Below, one piece after another: positions 32,341 through 42,984 of a DNA stretch of 55,946 bases. The DNA is taken from IMG/VR virus record IMGVR_UViG_3300048813_000256; one strand, 5' to 3'. The notes under the pieces are model-generated. The model searched no databases, was not told the DNA's origin, and worked only from the letters and a program-made list of their open reading frames with translations. A program made the translations under genes and the position numbers. The DNA comes from an uncultured virus (IMG/VR IMGVR_UViG_3300048813_000256). Taxonomy: Duplodnaviria > Heunggongvirae > Uroviricota > Caudoviricetes. Each line of letters starts with the position of its first letter. Positions within the stretch are counted from its first letter, which is position 1.

Positions 32341-35154
32341 ATGACGAAGAAAAGTATCCTTGGGGTCCTCGTAACGCTACTTTTGCTGGCCGGAGTATCT
32401 TTAGGCCAGGCGATCCCGGGTGTGGGGACGCGCGTGGCCAACGGCCCCACCCTGCCCACCAACGCGGGCCAGTACACCATGTTCGTGCTCACCACGGGCA
32501 CGCCCACGCCCTACATCTGCAATAACAACCCCTGCATGGTTTCCGGGGATTGGGTTGCCAGCGGCGGCGGCGGCGGAGGCGGAGGCGGCGCGAACACGGC
32601 GCTGTCGAACCTTTCCGGAACGGCCATCAACACCTCGCTGTTCGCGGCCAGCGGCGTGACCCTGACGCTTTCCGGCTTCAACGGAACCTCGTCGCTGGGT
32701 GCAACCGGGGTAACCATCGAAGGCGGCACCAGCTATTCGGGCGGTTCGCTGGCGGGACCGGGTGTCGTCATCCAAGGCGGCACGGCGGGGGGAATCGGCG
32801 GTAACGGCGGCAGCGTGAGCATCTTGGGGGGAACTGCGCTGGCCGGCGTGGGCGGTTCCATCTTCCTGACAGCCAACAATGGCGCCGGCTCCAATCAAGG
32901 CGGCGGCTCTCTGTTCCTCAAATCGGGTAGTCCGACCGGGACCGGGAATTATGGCTTCCTGAGCGTCGGGCTCTCGGGCGCCAATTACGTGGGATCGTAC
33001 ACGCCGCTCACCGGCTTTCAGCAGGGCGCCTACTTCAACGTGGGCAATACTCAGCCGGGCGAGATCGATTTCGTCTCCGGAGCCAGCTCGAACGGCGCCA
33101 TCCGGATTACGGGCATGAACTTCGCGTTCTCGCCCGACAACACTTACGACTTTGATCTCAGCACCTACCGGCCGCGCAACGCCTGGTTTGGCGGGAACAT
33201 CAACGCTGGCGGCTCCGGAACCTTCACCGGCGCGCTCACTTCGGGGGGCGCCATCACGGGAAATTCGGTGGCCACCAACGGCAGCGGGCCCTGGTCGGTG
33301 CAGGGTTCCTATGGAACGCTCTCGGTGGCGTCGGCGGGCAAAACGCGTTTTGGCTTTGGACCTCTGGGCCCGCAGTTCTCTTTCAATGGCGGCGCGCTCA
33401 CCTACTTCGCCAACCTCGACAGCGCCGGGGTCAATGTGGTGCAGAACGCAAACACGGCCACCAAGCTGGCCACCGCCGGCACGCCCTGCTCGGGAGAATT
33501 CTCCACCGGCGTAGATCAGTATGGCAACGCGCTCTGCAATGTGCCTCTGACCATTCAATTGCAGCAGTACAGCGCCGGATGCTCGACCATCCCCGGAGTT
33601 CCCGGCTACGGGATCATGTGCTTTGACCCGACCAGCGGGTTGATGACGGACATCAACAATGGCGGCTGGACGCAGTTCGTGCATTCCAACCTGTTCAACT
33701 ACAACGCCGACACAGTGGAAATGCACGACGGGACGGCCCCTCAGACGTTCAACATCTACGAGAGCTGGACCGATTCCACGGCCAACTTCACTCGCATGCG
33801 GCTGGGTTGGGACAGCGCCGCAAATTCCTTCGTGGTGGCCGCCGAGTACGGGAGTGTCAGCGGAACTGGAGAGCCGCTGTGCATCTATATGGGCTCCTAT
33901 GGGGCCGGAGCCGGGTGCCGCTGGAATTTCAGCGCGGGATCGGCGAGCGTCTTCTACCCGGCGGGCAACAGCACCCAGGACGTCGGCAAAACCGCCAACC
34001 AGGTGCGCGATTTCTATCTGGGGCGGTCACTCTATCTGGGCGGAAGCGCGGGAACGTCCGGCCAGTGCCCGATTTCGGCAGGCCCGGGTGTGGCCCCGGC
34101 TTGGGGGAGCTGCAGCACCGGGTTCTCCTATCCAACTGCCGGGGCGGTACTCTCGACGGGCAGCGCATTCACCTCGGTCGCGGAGACGAACAATTACGTT
34201 CTCGTAGGCGTGAGCGGGGCCTGGACCGCGGCGGCGATCACCGGAGCGATGTTGCCGAACCCCTCGGCGTCGACGCTGGGCGGCGTGGAATCGATCACTT
34301 CGGCTTCGCACAACTGGGTGGCCTATATCGACACCAGCGGCGTGCCGCACCAGTCGCAGCCGGGCTTCGCGGACATTTCGGGGACGATCTCGGCGGGGCA
34401 GTTGCCGAATCCCTCGGCGTCGACGCTGGGCGGCGTGGAATCGATCACTTCGGCTTCGCACAACTGGGTGAGCTATATCGACACCAGCGGCGTGCCGCAT
34501 CAATCACAGCCGACCCTCGCGGACGTTGCCGCGGGAGTCGCGCCCAGCGGGACTTTCGATTTCACCGGCGCCACGCCCAAGGTGCCAACCGGAACCGCGA
34601 ACAGCAACAATACGAATGCGGCCTCCGAAGCCTATGTGGATACCAACTACATGGGGAATTGGCTGCAGATCGGGCCCCCGAGCAGCGTTGGCTCCAACAT
34701 CACCGCTGGCGGCAGCAACGCCACGCACGGGAATATGTTCGAGTTCAACATTCCCTCGGCCATCACCACCGGGCACATCGAGGTTGATGTCACCACTGCC
34801 GACAACAGCGCCAACACGTACGACTTCTGCATTTACAGCGGCGCGGCCAGTTCGACCGTGAATCTGCTCGCGCACACGGGCGCGATCGCAGGTAGCTCGA
34901 TCAACGGCGGCGCGACCGGTTATACAAATCTAGCGTGGACTTCCACGGCGACATTGGCTCCGGGACGCTATTACCTGTTTCTCTTCGGCAACGAGGCCAC
35001 GCCCACGCTCACCATTGGCGGGACGACGTTCACCAGCTTTTATCACAATTCCAGTCAGGCGATTACCCCGACCGCCGGCGCGTGCTCCGCGACCTTGAGC
35101 AGCAGCGCGGACAGTCCGGGGCAGCCGACGTTCCCGTGGTTTACGTTGAATTAG
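32341..35154 (+). CDS. large Gly/Ser/Thr-rich fibre/adhesin-like protein with signal peptide
   Basis: MTKKSILGVLVTLLLLAGVSLG; Gly-rich repeats; 50-aa-period internal duplication. Confidence 0.75.
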   Translation: MTKKSILGVLVTLLLLAGVSLGQAIPGVGTRVANGPTLPTNAGQYTMFVLTTGTPTPYICNNNPCMVSGDWVASGGGGGGGGGANTALSNLSGTAINTSLFAASGVTLTLSGFNGTSSLGATGVTIEGGTSYSGGSLAGPGVVIQGGTAGGIGGNGGSVSILGGTALAGVGGSIFLTANNGAGSNQGGGSLFLKSGSPTGTGNYGFLSVGLSGANYVGSYTPLTGFQQGAYFNVGNTQPGEIDFVSGASSNGAIRITGMNFAFSPDNTYDFDLSTYRPRNAWFGGNINAGGSGTFTGALTSGGAITGNSVATNGSGPWSVQGSYGTLSVASAGKTRFGFGPLGPQFSFNGGALTYFANLDSAGVNVVQNANTATKLATAGTPCSGEFSTGVDQYGNALCNVPLTIQLQQYSAGCSTIPGVPGYGIMCFDPTSGLMTDINNGGWTQFVHSNLFNYNADTVEMHDGTAPQTFNIYESWTDSTANFTRMRLGWDSAANSFVVAAEYGSVSGTGEPLCIYMGSYGAGAGCRWNFSAGSASVFYPAGNSTQDVGKTANQVRDFYLGRSLYLGGSAGTSGQCPISAGPGVAPAWGSCSTGFSYPTAGAVLSTGSAFTSVAETNNYVLVGVSGAWTAAAITGAMLPNPSASTLGGVESITSASHNWVAYIDTSGVPHQSQPGFADISGTISAGQLPNPSASTLGGVESITSASHNWVSYIDTSGVPHQSQPTLADVAAGVAPSGTFDFTGATPKVPTGTANSNNTNAASEAYVDTNYMGNWLQIGPPSSVGSNITAGGSNATHGNMFEFNIPSAITTGHIEVDVTTADNSANTYDFCIYSGAASSTVNLLAHTGAIAGSSINGGATGYTNLAWTSTATLAPGRYYLFLFGNEATPTLTIGGTTFTSFYHNSSQAITPTAGACSATLSSSADSPGQPTFPWFTLN
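34251..34520 (+). repeat. intragenic tandem duplication, 150-bp period
   Basis: LPNPSASTLGGVESITSASHNWV(A/S)YIDTSGVPHQSQP encoded at ~34251 and ~34401. Confidence 0.9.
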
Positions 35155-35291
35155 GCCATATTGGGAAGGTGCCGATTCGGGAAGGGATGCGAAATAAAGA
35201 TCACGAGATCATGACGGTTCCACAGGGCTGCACGGTAGGGTGATTCAAAGCCACGTAGTGGCTTATCTCAGCAAAAAGGAAAACAACACCG

Positions 35292-36296
35292 ATGTTTCGA
35301 CGAACCCTCAGTTCTTCCGCGGTGCTGGCGCTTCTGCTAGCACTATCGAGCTTCGCCCATGCCGGCCTCAGCGAGATCAGGGCCGATTTTCCGAGTCAGA
35401 CGGCGGCACTCTCCGCGACGGCGATCTTCTCCGCGCCGTCGAGCAGCGCTAACTACCTGGTTTGCGCCTCACTCCAGCAATCGCCCGCCAATGCCATGAC
35501 CGCAACCGTGGCCTGGACGGACGAAAACGGCAACGCCCAGAGTTTCTCTCTCGTGGACTCCCAGGCGGGATGCTCCCTGATCCGCAATGAAGCCAGCACT
35601 GCGGCGACGATCGCTGTGTCCGGTACTCCCTATCCCATTTACTCGGTGTATGTCTTCGGCTTTGGCTTTTGGCCGGGGCAACCCCAGAAGCAGGCGGGCA
35701 TCACGGAAACGTTCAACTCCACCATCACCGCCGGTAACAGTTCGGGCTACATCGCGGCTGGCGATACGCTCGTCGCTGTCACCAGCGCATCCGGCAGCGG
35801 ATGCACATGGTCGGTCGGCTCCTACCCCTCGAACATTACCGGCATCGGCGTCGGCATCGTCGCCACCAACGAATCCAGCAGCGCCAACGTATTCAGCAAC
35901 ACCAGCTCAGGGTGCAGCGAGACGGTGGTGGCCCTCAACTTCGGAACTCCGGGCACCGGCTCGGGGCCGCTCACGGATTACGAATACAACTTGATCGGCT
36001 GGACCGACGCCACGGACCCAAATTACAAGACCGTCTTCACGGCAGGGAGTTCGGGAGCTTCGATCCTCATGGGAGCAAACATTGCCGAGCAGCCAAACGG
36101 CGGAAGCGTGAGCGAAGAGCTTAACACTCCCCTCGGGGACGTGACGGCCGGTCCCGGGGGCGCCCCTGCCAGCGAGACTGTGCCCGGTTCTGTCGCTGCC
36201 AATGCCGTGTTTCAGATCCTCACCCTAAACACTCCGGGGTCGCCCTGGGGAACGGCACCAGCCTACAGCGCAGAGACGGACGTCATTCAGTTCTGA
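35292..36296 (+). CDS. secreted beta-rich hypothetical protein
   Basis: Signal peptide MFRRTLSSSAVLALLLALSSFAHA. Confidence 0.75.
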   Translation: MFRRTLSSSAVLALLLALSSFAHAGLSEIRADFPSQTAALSATAIFSAPSSSANYLVCASLQQSPANAMTATVAWTDENGNAQSFSLVDSQAGCSLIRNEASTAATIAVSGTPYPIYSVYVFGFGFWPGQPQKQAGITETFNSTITAGNSSGYIAAGDTLVAVTSASGSGCTWSVGSYPSNITGIGVGIVATNESSSANVFSNTSSGCSETVVALNFGTPGTGSGPLTDYEYNLIGWTDATDPNYKTVFTAGSSGASILMGANIAEQPNGGSVSEELNTPLGDVTAGPGGAPASETVPGSVAANAVFQILTLNTPGSPWGTAPAYSAETDVIQF

Positions 36297-36321
36297 CCAC
36301 TGGCAACTTTCTCCCTTCAAA

Positions 36322-36351
36322 GGGCGCTGCTTCGGCAGCGCCCGTTTTATT
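36322..36351 (+). terminator. Rho-independent terminator
   Basis: GGGCGCTGC-TTCG-GCAGCGCCC followed by GTTTTATT. Confidence 0.75.
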
Positions 36352-36361
36352 GGAGCCGTCC

Positions 36362-38266
36362 ATGATCCTTCTGCTGCAACGATCGAAGTTTGGCCCGTGG
36401 CTCTTTGGCGCGATCCTGTTGCTGTGCGCGTGCTGCGGGCACGCCCAGACGCCAATGAATGGGAGCGCGACGATCTCTGGCTTCGGCGAGTTCGACTCCG
36501 GGCCGGGCATCATTCCCCCGACTCTGTTTGGGCTGCATTTTTCGCTGACCCGTAATGTGGGATCAGGCTATACCGGGATCCCCTGGCCTAACATTTCCGG
36601 GACAAATCTGGTCTTCGGTTCGCTGCGCCTCTGGGACGCCAACACCAACTGGACGCTGATGAATCAGACAGCCGGAAACTATAATTTTGCTTCGCTCGAC
36701 AGCTATCTCGCGGCTGCCAAGACCAACGGCCTCTCTGACGTCGTGCTCACGCTGAGTTCGACGCCCACGTTCATTTCGAGCGATCCCACCAACGCCAACT
36801 GCGACTATGGCTCCGCCTCGGGACTCACGTTTCAGGAAGCCAGCCCGACTACTCTGAACGGCAGTTGCGGAGCGCCTACTGATATAGCGACCAACGGGAC
36901 CGGGACCGACGCGACCTGGAAAAGCTTTATCACCAACCTGGGCCAGCACATCGCCGGCCTCAGCACTACCACCTATGCCACGGTGAGCTGGTTCGAGATG
37001 TGGAACGAATTCACACGCGGCAACACCGGAAGCTGTGGTGAAGTGGAGATTCCGACCTCGTGGGAAGGGACGTGCGCCCAGCTCGTCCGCATGGCGAACG
37101 ATGCCGACTGCATTCTGACCGGACGCGGCACCATCGCGGCGACGGGCGCACCCTGCACCAACCTGGCCCTGCTGCCCAACGCGTTGATGCTCACTCCGGA
37201 CGCGGTGCCACAGCAGCCCGATATCGTCTCCTTCGGCACTTACATAGGAACCTTTGGCGCGCTGAGTTATGGGCTGAGCGGCTCGGAAGTGGACAGGATC
37301 GCAGTCCATGCCTATGCCTACTCCGGCCTCGGCACCACCATGCCGGATTCGAGCGCCGCATTCAGCAATACTGGCTCGAGCCTGCCGGCGCAGTGGGGCA
37401 ATCTGCAGGGCGTGCTTCCGGGCAACGCTTTTGGGCTTCCGGTCTGGAGCACGGAAGGGAGCTGGGCCAGCGCCGCGAACCTGCCCGATCCCGACATGAT
37501 GATGGGCTATATTGCCCGCTACTATCTGGTGGGTTGGTCTTCGGGCTTCCGGCGGCTCTACTGGTACTCCGCCAACAATTCTTACGGCCGCCTGATCTGG
37601 CAGAACGGGGAAACCGAAACTTCCGCCACGTCGCCATACGGCGCCGCCGGCACCTGCGGCACGACCGCCGGCTGCCCCGTTCTCAACTCCGCCGGCACAC
37701 CGGTGGCAAACGCCTGGATCGCCGTCTACACCTGGATGGTGGGCAATGAGATGACCACCGGCTGCTCGCCCGATGCCACCGGGAACCTGTGGCAGTGTGG
37801 ATTGGTCACCGGAGGATCAACGCCGGCGATCGCAGTGTGGGATTCGAGCCAGAGCTGCAATTCGGGGACCTGCACTAGCAGTGGTTTGGCAACGGCGCAG
37901 ACTGTGACATTTGTGGCTGCAGTGGGTGGCACAGCTCAGGCGATCGCAGCCTCGGCGAGTTGGGTGACGGCCGGCGCCACGGTTGGAGGCTATGCCTCAT
38001 TTGTCGGCTCCGGAGCGCCTTCCGGCACCTTCTTGGTGACGGGCATCACGACGACGACGACGACGAATGACACTCTCCTGCTGGCGGATCCAAAGAGCCT
38101 GATCGGGGCCGCATCGAGTGTTTCAGTGGAGGCCTTTGCCCCTCTGAATCTGGGCGTCGCACCGGGTTCCTTTGGCCATTACGAAACCTTGGATAACACC
38201 CCGACGCTGCACGCGCTCACCGGGACAGTCACCATCGGCTGGAAGCCGATCCTATTAGTGCCATGA
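36362..38266 (+). CDS. secreted glycoside hydrolase, clan GH-A (GH39/GH5-like)
   Basis: Signal peptide; LRLWD..W, FEMWNE (acid/base), IAVHAY, PVWSTEG (nucleophile). Confidence 0.8.
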   Translation: MILLLQRSKFGPWLFGAILLLCACCGHAQTPMNGSATISGFGEFDSGPGIIPPTLFGLHFSLTRNVGSGYTGIPWPNISGTNLVFGSLRLWDANTNWTLMNQTAGNYNFASLDSYLAAAKTNGLSDVVLTLSSTPTFISSDPTNANCDYGSASGLTFQEASPTTLNGSCGAPTDIATNGTGTDATWKSFITNLGQHIAGLSTTTYATVSWFEMWNEFTRGNTGSCGEVEIPTSWEGTCAQLVRMANDADCILTGRGTIAATGAPCTNLALLPNALMLTPDAVPQQPDIVSFGTYIGTFGALSYGLSGSEVDRIAVHAYAYSGLGTTMPDSSAAFSNTGSSLPAQWGNLQGVLPGNAFGLPVWSTEGSWASAANLPDPDMMMGYIARYYLVGWSSGFRRLYWYSANNSYGRLIWQNGETETSATSPYGAAGTCGTTAGCPVLNSAGTPVANAWIAVYTWMVGNEMTTGCSPDATGNLWQCGLVTGGSTPAIAVWDSSQSCNSGTCTSSGLATAQTVTFVAAVGGTAQAIAASASWVTAGATVGGYASFVGSGAPSGTFLVTGITTTTTTNDTLLLADPKSLIGAASSVSVEAFAPLNLGVAPGSFGHYETLDNTPTLHALTGTVTIGWKPILLVP

Positions 38267-40884
38267 AACGATCTCTTCTCATCCTCGCTCTCGCCCTTCT
38301 GGCGATCCCGTTTGCCCACGCCCAAGTCAGCTACTACGTGGACTGCGCGAACGGATCAAACTCCAATGCCGGCACCAGTCCGGGGACGGCATGGAAGGGC
38401 CTGCACGCCGCCAACTTGGCCGCCTTCAATGGCGGAGACTCGCTCTTCTTGAAACGCGGATGCGTCTGGAACTGGTATCTGGCGCCACTCGTCACCGCCA
38501 GCGGGAGCAGCGTCTTCACCATTGGTGCCTACGGCAATGGCGCGCCGCCCACCTTGCAAAACGAAGTGGCGGTCCCAACTTCAAGCCCTGCCACCGCCTG
38601 GGTCACAGTGAGCGGGCACACCAACGTCTACGCGATCCCGGTGTACTCCCCCAGCGAAGGCACCGGATTTTCGCCTTATCGCATCGATGCGGTGAAACTG
38701 AACGGGATCTGGGGAAACTGCGTGGGCATGAACGATGCCGCCAATGACGATCAATATTGCGGCTCGACCAGCGCCACCACGGGCGTGGCCGCGCTCACCG
38801 CGAACGGGCAGTGGTATTACGACGGGAACTACAGCCAGGGCGGCAGCTATGGCGGCGGCCGGAACTGCACCAGCCAGACCAACCCCACGGGAAACCCCAA
38901 TGGGGACTGCGGCAATCTCTACGTTTACAGCTCCACTGGAGTGCCCACCAACGTCACCGTCACGCTGGACGGATCCACGAATCTGATCAAGATTGCGGGG
39001 ACCAGCTACGTCACCATCGAGCATGTGCGGCTGCTGAACTACTCCTGGTACGGGATCGAGGTTTCGGGCGCATCCGACCATCTGATTTTCGACAACATTT
39101 TCGCCGACACCGAAGTGCCCTTCAACTTCCACGGGACTGGCTTCTATCTGCATCCTTCCGGGACCGCGACCAGCATTCAACTTCTGAACACGGAATCGCA
39201 TCGCGGCTACTACGGCTACCAGATCGGGCTTGGCGGTACCACCATGGCCGCGAACGCGGTCACGCTCTCCAACTGCAAAGCTTATTTCAATCGCGATGCG
39301 GGGCTGGCCGACCTGACGGTCAGCGGGCTTTCCGTGGCTTATGACCACTGCCACTTCTACGGCAACGGGGTGGGATCGCCGATTCCAAACGATATCTCCA
39401 TCGACCCTAACACCAGCGCATGCACCGGCGGCTCACACATTTGCACGCCCGGAGGAACGGCCGGCGCGGGCAACATCGCGCCCAACACCGACCCCAAGGT
39501 TATCTCCTGGGCGAACTACACGCCCCGCTTCACGCTGCAATATCGCGGGCCGGGCTATGCTTTTGGGTCCGATGCTGCGTTGAACCTGCAACTCTCGGCG
39601 CTGGGCAGCGCGCCGCTTTCGATTGGGATTGGGACGAACTATTCCTTCTCGGCGAGTCTGATCCCGCAATTCAACACCTGGCTGGCCGATGGCTACGACC
39701 TGAACCTGATGGGCCTGTCGGCGGCGAGCTACGCCAACAATGGCACCTTCAACGTTCTCTATACGGGGACCTGCACCACGACGGCCCTCACCGTAAACGG
39801 TCCTCCAGCCACCAGCTTCGCCATCGCCGCCTCCGGTGGCACTTGTCCCGGAGGCGACAGTTTCAGCTTCACGATCACCAGCTCCTCCACGCTCGCGCAA
39901 TTGAAAGCGGCGTTGCTGGCCAATGGCAAATACACGGTGGCCTGGGTGCAGCCTTGCGGTTCCTGCGCCTGGGTGGACGGCAGCGCAATGCTGGCGCAAG
40001 ACCTGGCAACCGCGAGCGGCGCCTATGTGGGCCCGGTGGGGGGCGGTTTTGTGGCGCCCGGTTATTTCGTGCTCTTGAATCCCGACCAATTTCTCAAAGA
40101 CGAGACGGGGCTGTCGCAGGATTGGGTGCAAACCAATTTGACCGGGTGGGGATCCACCTGGGTGTATCTCTATCCCGGAACCCTGTTCAACCCCACCTCT
40201 CTCGGGGTAACGACAATCGAGCAGGACGTATCCGGCACGGCTGGAGGCACCTACCAGTCGCCCAACTTCGCCGGCGCTGTGGGCGCCAACACCATGCAGC
40301 TCGGGCGCGACGGCCTCTCCGGAGCCTTCGACGCGGTGGCTTCCAACGGCGTGGACGCGCAAGGGCTGACCACCTACTCGCTTTCCGGGTGGAACAATCT
40401 TTCGCCCCTGGCCTTGCAGGCGGCCATTCAGTCGGCGGTAGAGAAGGCCGCGATCTGGGGCGTCCCACAAACCCTCTACTGGCAGTCTGGCGATCTCACC
40501 AACCAGCAGCTCGCGCTGATCGTTGCGGACCTGCAGGCGAGCGGCGCCACGCTGATGACCAACAGCGCGCTGGTGAATTTTCTGACTACTTCTCCGCGGA
40601 CTCAGGTGGCCTCGCTTCCCCTGTCCTCCGGCTTCTGTTCCTGCTGGGCGTGGACGCCGGAAACCGGCATCGTCAACTTGCGGCCGACTTATCTGTCACC
40701 CACGGTGGGCACGGCCAATGGCACAGTCTGCGCGTCCTATCCCGTCGACGTGAACGGCGTGACCCAGCCTCAGACCTGGAGCGCCACCAACGCAAAAACT
40801 TCCGCCGTAGTGAGCAAGACGGGATGCGACATTGGAGCGCAGGCGCTCGTTCCGTCCTTCACCGGCCTCAGACCAGGACACTGA
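38263..40884 (+). CDS. secreted right-handed beta-helix protein with a possible degenerate deacetylase-like C-terminal domain
   Basis: Signal peptide; YYVD...GSNSNAGTSP.TAWK...F.GGD.L.LKRG..W pectate-lyase-like start. Confidence 0.7.
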   Translation: MKRSLLILALALLAIPFAHAQVSYYVDCANGSNSNAGTSPGTAWKGLHAANLAAFNGGDSLFLKRGCVWNWYLAPLVTASGSSVFTIGAYGNGAPPTLQNEVAVPTSSPATAWVTVSGHTNVYAIPVYSPSEGTGFSPYRIDAVKLNGIWGNCVGMNDAANDDQYCGSTSATTGVAALTANGQWYYDGNYSQGGSYGGGRNCTSQTNPTGNPNGDCGNLYVYSSTGVPTNVTVTLDGSTNLIKIAGTSYVTIEHVRLLNYSWYGIEVSGASDHLIFDNIFADTEVPFNFHGTGFYLHPSGTATSIQLLNTESHRGYYGYQIGLGGTTMAANAVTLSNCKAYFNRDAGLADLTVSGLSVAYDHCHFYGNGVGSPIPNDISIDPNTSACTGGSHICTPGGTAGAGNIAPNTDPKVISWANYTPRFTLQYRGPGYAFGSDAALNLQLSALGSAPLSIGIGTNYSFSASLIPQFNTWLADGYDLNLMGLSAASYANNGTFNVLYTGTCTTTALTVNGPPATSFAIAASGGTCPGGDSFSFTITSSSTLAQLKAALLANGKYTVAWVQPCGSCAWVDGSAMLAQDLATASGAYVGPVGGGFVAPGYFVLLNPDQFLKDETGLSQDWVQTNLTGWGSTWVYLYPGTLFNPTSLGVTTIEQDVSGTAGGTYQSPNFAGAVGANTMQLGRDGLSGAFDAVASNGVDAQGLTTYSLSGWNNLSPLALQAAIQSAVEKAAIWGVPQTLYWQSGDLTNQQLALIVADLQASGATLMTNSALVNFLTTSPRTQVASLPLSSGFCSCWAWTPETGIVNLRPTYLSPTVGTANGTVCASYPVDVNGVTQPQTWSATNAKTSAVVSKTGCDIGAQALVPSFTGLRPGH

Positions 40885-40987
40885 ACCGAAATCAGCGGGG
40901 CGCGCCATCCAGCGCGGCCCGCAAGCCGCAGGAGCCGACCGACTGGCTCTCGCTCGGAGGAACCGCCGCAAAGCGGTTTTCGAGAAA

Positions 40988-41503
40988 ATGATAGAAAGCG
41001 GACTCTCTATCTGGGCGCTGGGCAATCCCGGCATCACTCCGTTTCTGGGGCAGACGCAGAGTGACAAGTCGAACGGGATCTACAGCGCTTTTTATTTTTC
41101 CTACCTGCCCAAGGAACCGACCGGGGCCATTCCCGGAATCGTCCTGGACCGGCTCAACTCGCCCGACGCCGAAGACACGATTGATCCCCGCGATGCCCTG
41201 CCCGGAGACATCATCAAAGGCCGCTTTCAGTTTGGCAGTGTGGCCTCGGACGGCCCGCAGAATCCGAACCAGCAGACCAATGGATATCTGGCGGCCGCCG
41301 CTTTGTCGCGCGCCCTTCGGCGGCAACTCACCGGCCTCGCCACGGGCAAAGCGGTGCTGCCCGACATCAAGGGAAATCCGGCCATCGAGATCTCGAACGT
41401 TTACGGCTGGGACGAGTTCGACGCCCACTACGAGCTGGGCGGCTACGGCTACCTCATGCGCCGCATCCTGCAAGTCACCATCGAGTTTCAGGAACTCACC
41501 TAG
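40988..41503 (+). CDS. tail terminator/completion protein (DUF3168-like)
   Basis: MIESGL...; FQF....; position before tail tube. Confidence 0.55.
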   Translation: MIESGLSIWALGNPGITPFLGQTQSDKSNGIYSAFYFSYLPKEPTGAIPGIVLDRLNSPDAEDTIDPRDALPGDIIKGRFQFGSVASDGPQNPNQQTNGYLAAAALSRALRRQLTGLATGKAVLPDIKGNPAIEISNVYGWDEFDAHYELGGYGYLMRRILQVTIEFQELT

Positions 41504-41655
41504 CTTTTTCCCGAAAAACCGCGTGGCATTCGATCTTCGAGCCAGAGCAATCAGGCTCCTGCGGCGCGCTGCGCGGGCTGGGCCGCCCGCTCCGCTTTTC
41601 GGCTGCGGATCGATTGCAAATTCGATTCCCACATTCTCTACCACGGAGAAAATCC

Positions 41656-42330
41656 ATGAAGATACGACACGTCGTGCTATTAGGGGCGCTCCTGACGAGC
41701 GCTTTTTGTTTTGCACAAAGCGAGAAGCTGCAAACGCGCAGCGGGATCTCACGCCATTATTCCGGCCACCGAGGAACCGCGGAAGATCTAAGCACGATTC
41801 GCATTCGCGCCGTGCGCGTCCATCACCTGCCGCACTGGCTGCCCTTCAACCAGAAGTGGCTGTCGGTTCCGATGCAGGTGAACATGCACATCGTGGGACG
41901 CCATTCGAACGGCCGGATCTTCGCCGATCGCTGGATTCACAACCTGCGCACGACGGGCGGAGCGGACTGGCAGGCCCTCGCCATGGCCAGCACTTCTACG
42001 CCGCCGGCGACGGTGAACTATATCGCGCTCAGCAACAATTCCACTCCGCCCGCCGCCGGCGACTGCGCCGCCGGGTCCAGCACTTGCACTCTGACCGGCG
42101 AGATCGCCACCAACGGATTGAACCGGCATCAGGGAACCTTCGCGCACACCAACAGCACGGCCACCTGGACCCTGGCGTGGACCTGGACGGCGACAGGGAC
42201 GCAATCGGTGCAGGAGGCGGGCATGTTCAACGCTTCCAGTTCCGGGACAATGGTGTTTGAAGCTTCCTTCTCGCAGGTGAATTTGGTCAACACCGACACT
42301 CTGACGGTGACCTGGACAGTTTCGTATTAG
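41656..42330 (+). CDS. tail-collar/baseplate-like beta domain with signal peptide
   Basis: GGAG RBS; MKIRHVVLLGALLTSAFCFA; YIALS...LTGE...EAGMFNASSSGTM...DTLTVTWTV. Confidence 0.65.
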   Translation: MKIRHVVLLGALLTSAFCFAQSEKLQTRSGISRHYSGHRGTAEDLSTIRIRAVRVHHLPHWLPFNQKWLSVPMQVNMHIVGRHSNGRIFADRWIHNLRTTGGADWQALAMASTSTPPATVNYIALSNNSTPPAAGDCAAGSSTCTLTGEIATNGLNRHQGTFAHTNSTATWTLAWTWTATGTQSVQEAGMFNASSSGTMVFEASFSQVNLVNTDTLTVTWTVSY

Positions 42331-42339
42331 GAGCAAGTT

Positions 42340-42984
42340 ATGAGGACCTCCGGACCGCAAAACGTGAACCTGCAGGAACGCTGGATGGTGGCCTGGCTGG
42401 ATCACGGCTGCGTTCCTCTGGGGCTCTTCGGCAGCGATTTCGGTTTCGTGGATCAGCAAATGATTTTCCTGCGCCACGAACACAAACGCTGGGAGCGGCA
42501 GCAGGCGATGGCGGATTATCCCGTGCTCCATCATGTGCGGGTCGCGCTGAGAACCGCCAAAGGCTACCGGATGGCGCGATGGGAGAAAGTTGCGCTGCTG
42601 GCCGACTTGCTGTTGTGGGGCTATCCCCAGAGCATCGCCATTGCCACGGCAGGCGTCGACCCCCAAACCGCCTACAGCTTTCGGGACCGCATGATTCATG
42701 TGGGATTGTTGGGCGAGCACTGCTCTTGCGGGCGGCCATTCAGAAACCACTATGGCGTGTGCCGAGGCAGCGCCATGAGCGCGCGCAACGGCCTAGCCGT
42801 GAGCGATGGAGAAAAGCGGGCATTCCTTTCCGCTCTCGAAGGCGCCGTGCGGGACGCGAGAGGCCGCATCAACCGGCGCGAGTTAGCGAAGCGCCTGGGC
42901 GTAACCGAAAACCGGGTGAGGCATCTGCAACGGCGGACGCGGGGGACATCATGCTCAAGCGCTTCTTCCTCCTTGGCTGCCTGA
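42340..42984 (+). CDS. hypothetical protein with probable C-terminal HTH
   Basis: RRELAKRLGVTENRVRHL. Confidence 0.5.
   Translation: MRTSGPQNVNLQERWMVAWLDHGCVPLGLFGSDFGFVDQQMIFLRHEHKRWERQQAMADYPVLHHVRVALRTAKGYRMARWEKVALLADLLLWGYPQSIAIATAGVDPQTAYSFRDRMIHVGLLGEHCSCGRPFRNHYGVCRGSAMSARNGLAVSDGEKRAFLSALEGAVRDARGRINRRELAKRLGVTENRVRHLQRRTRGTSCSSASSSLAA

Noticed and set aside
34251..34520. DGR template/variable repeat pair
   Set aside because: Adjacent in-frame duplication, differences mostly synonymous and not adenine-specific, no reverse transcriptase in the window
39420..40991. 523-aa alternative-frame ORF (also 3272-4237 full length, 48673-49818)
   Set aside because: Arg-rich off-frame translations overlapping real genes
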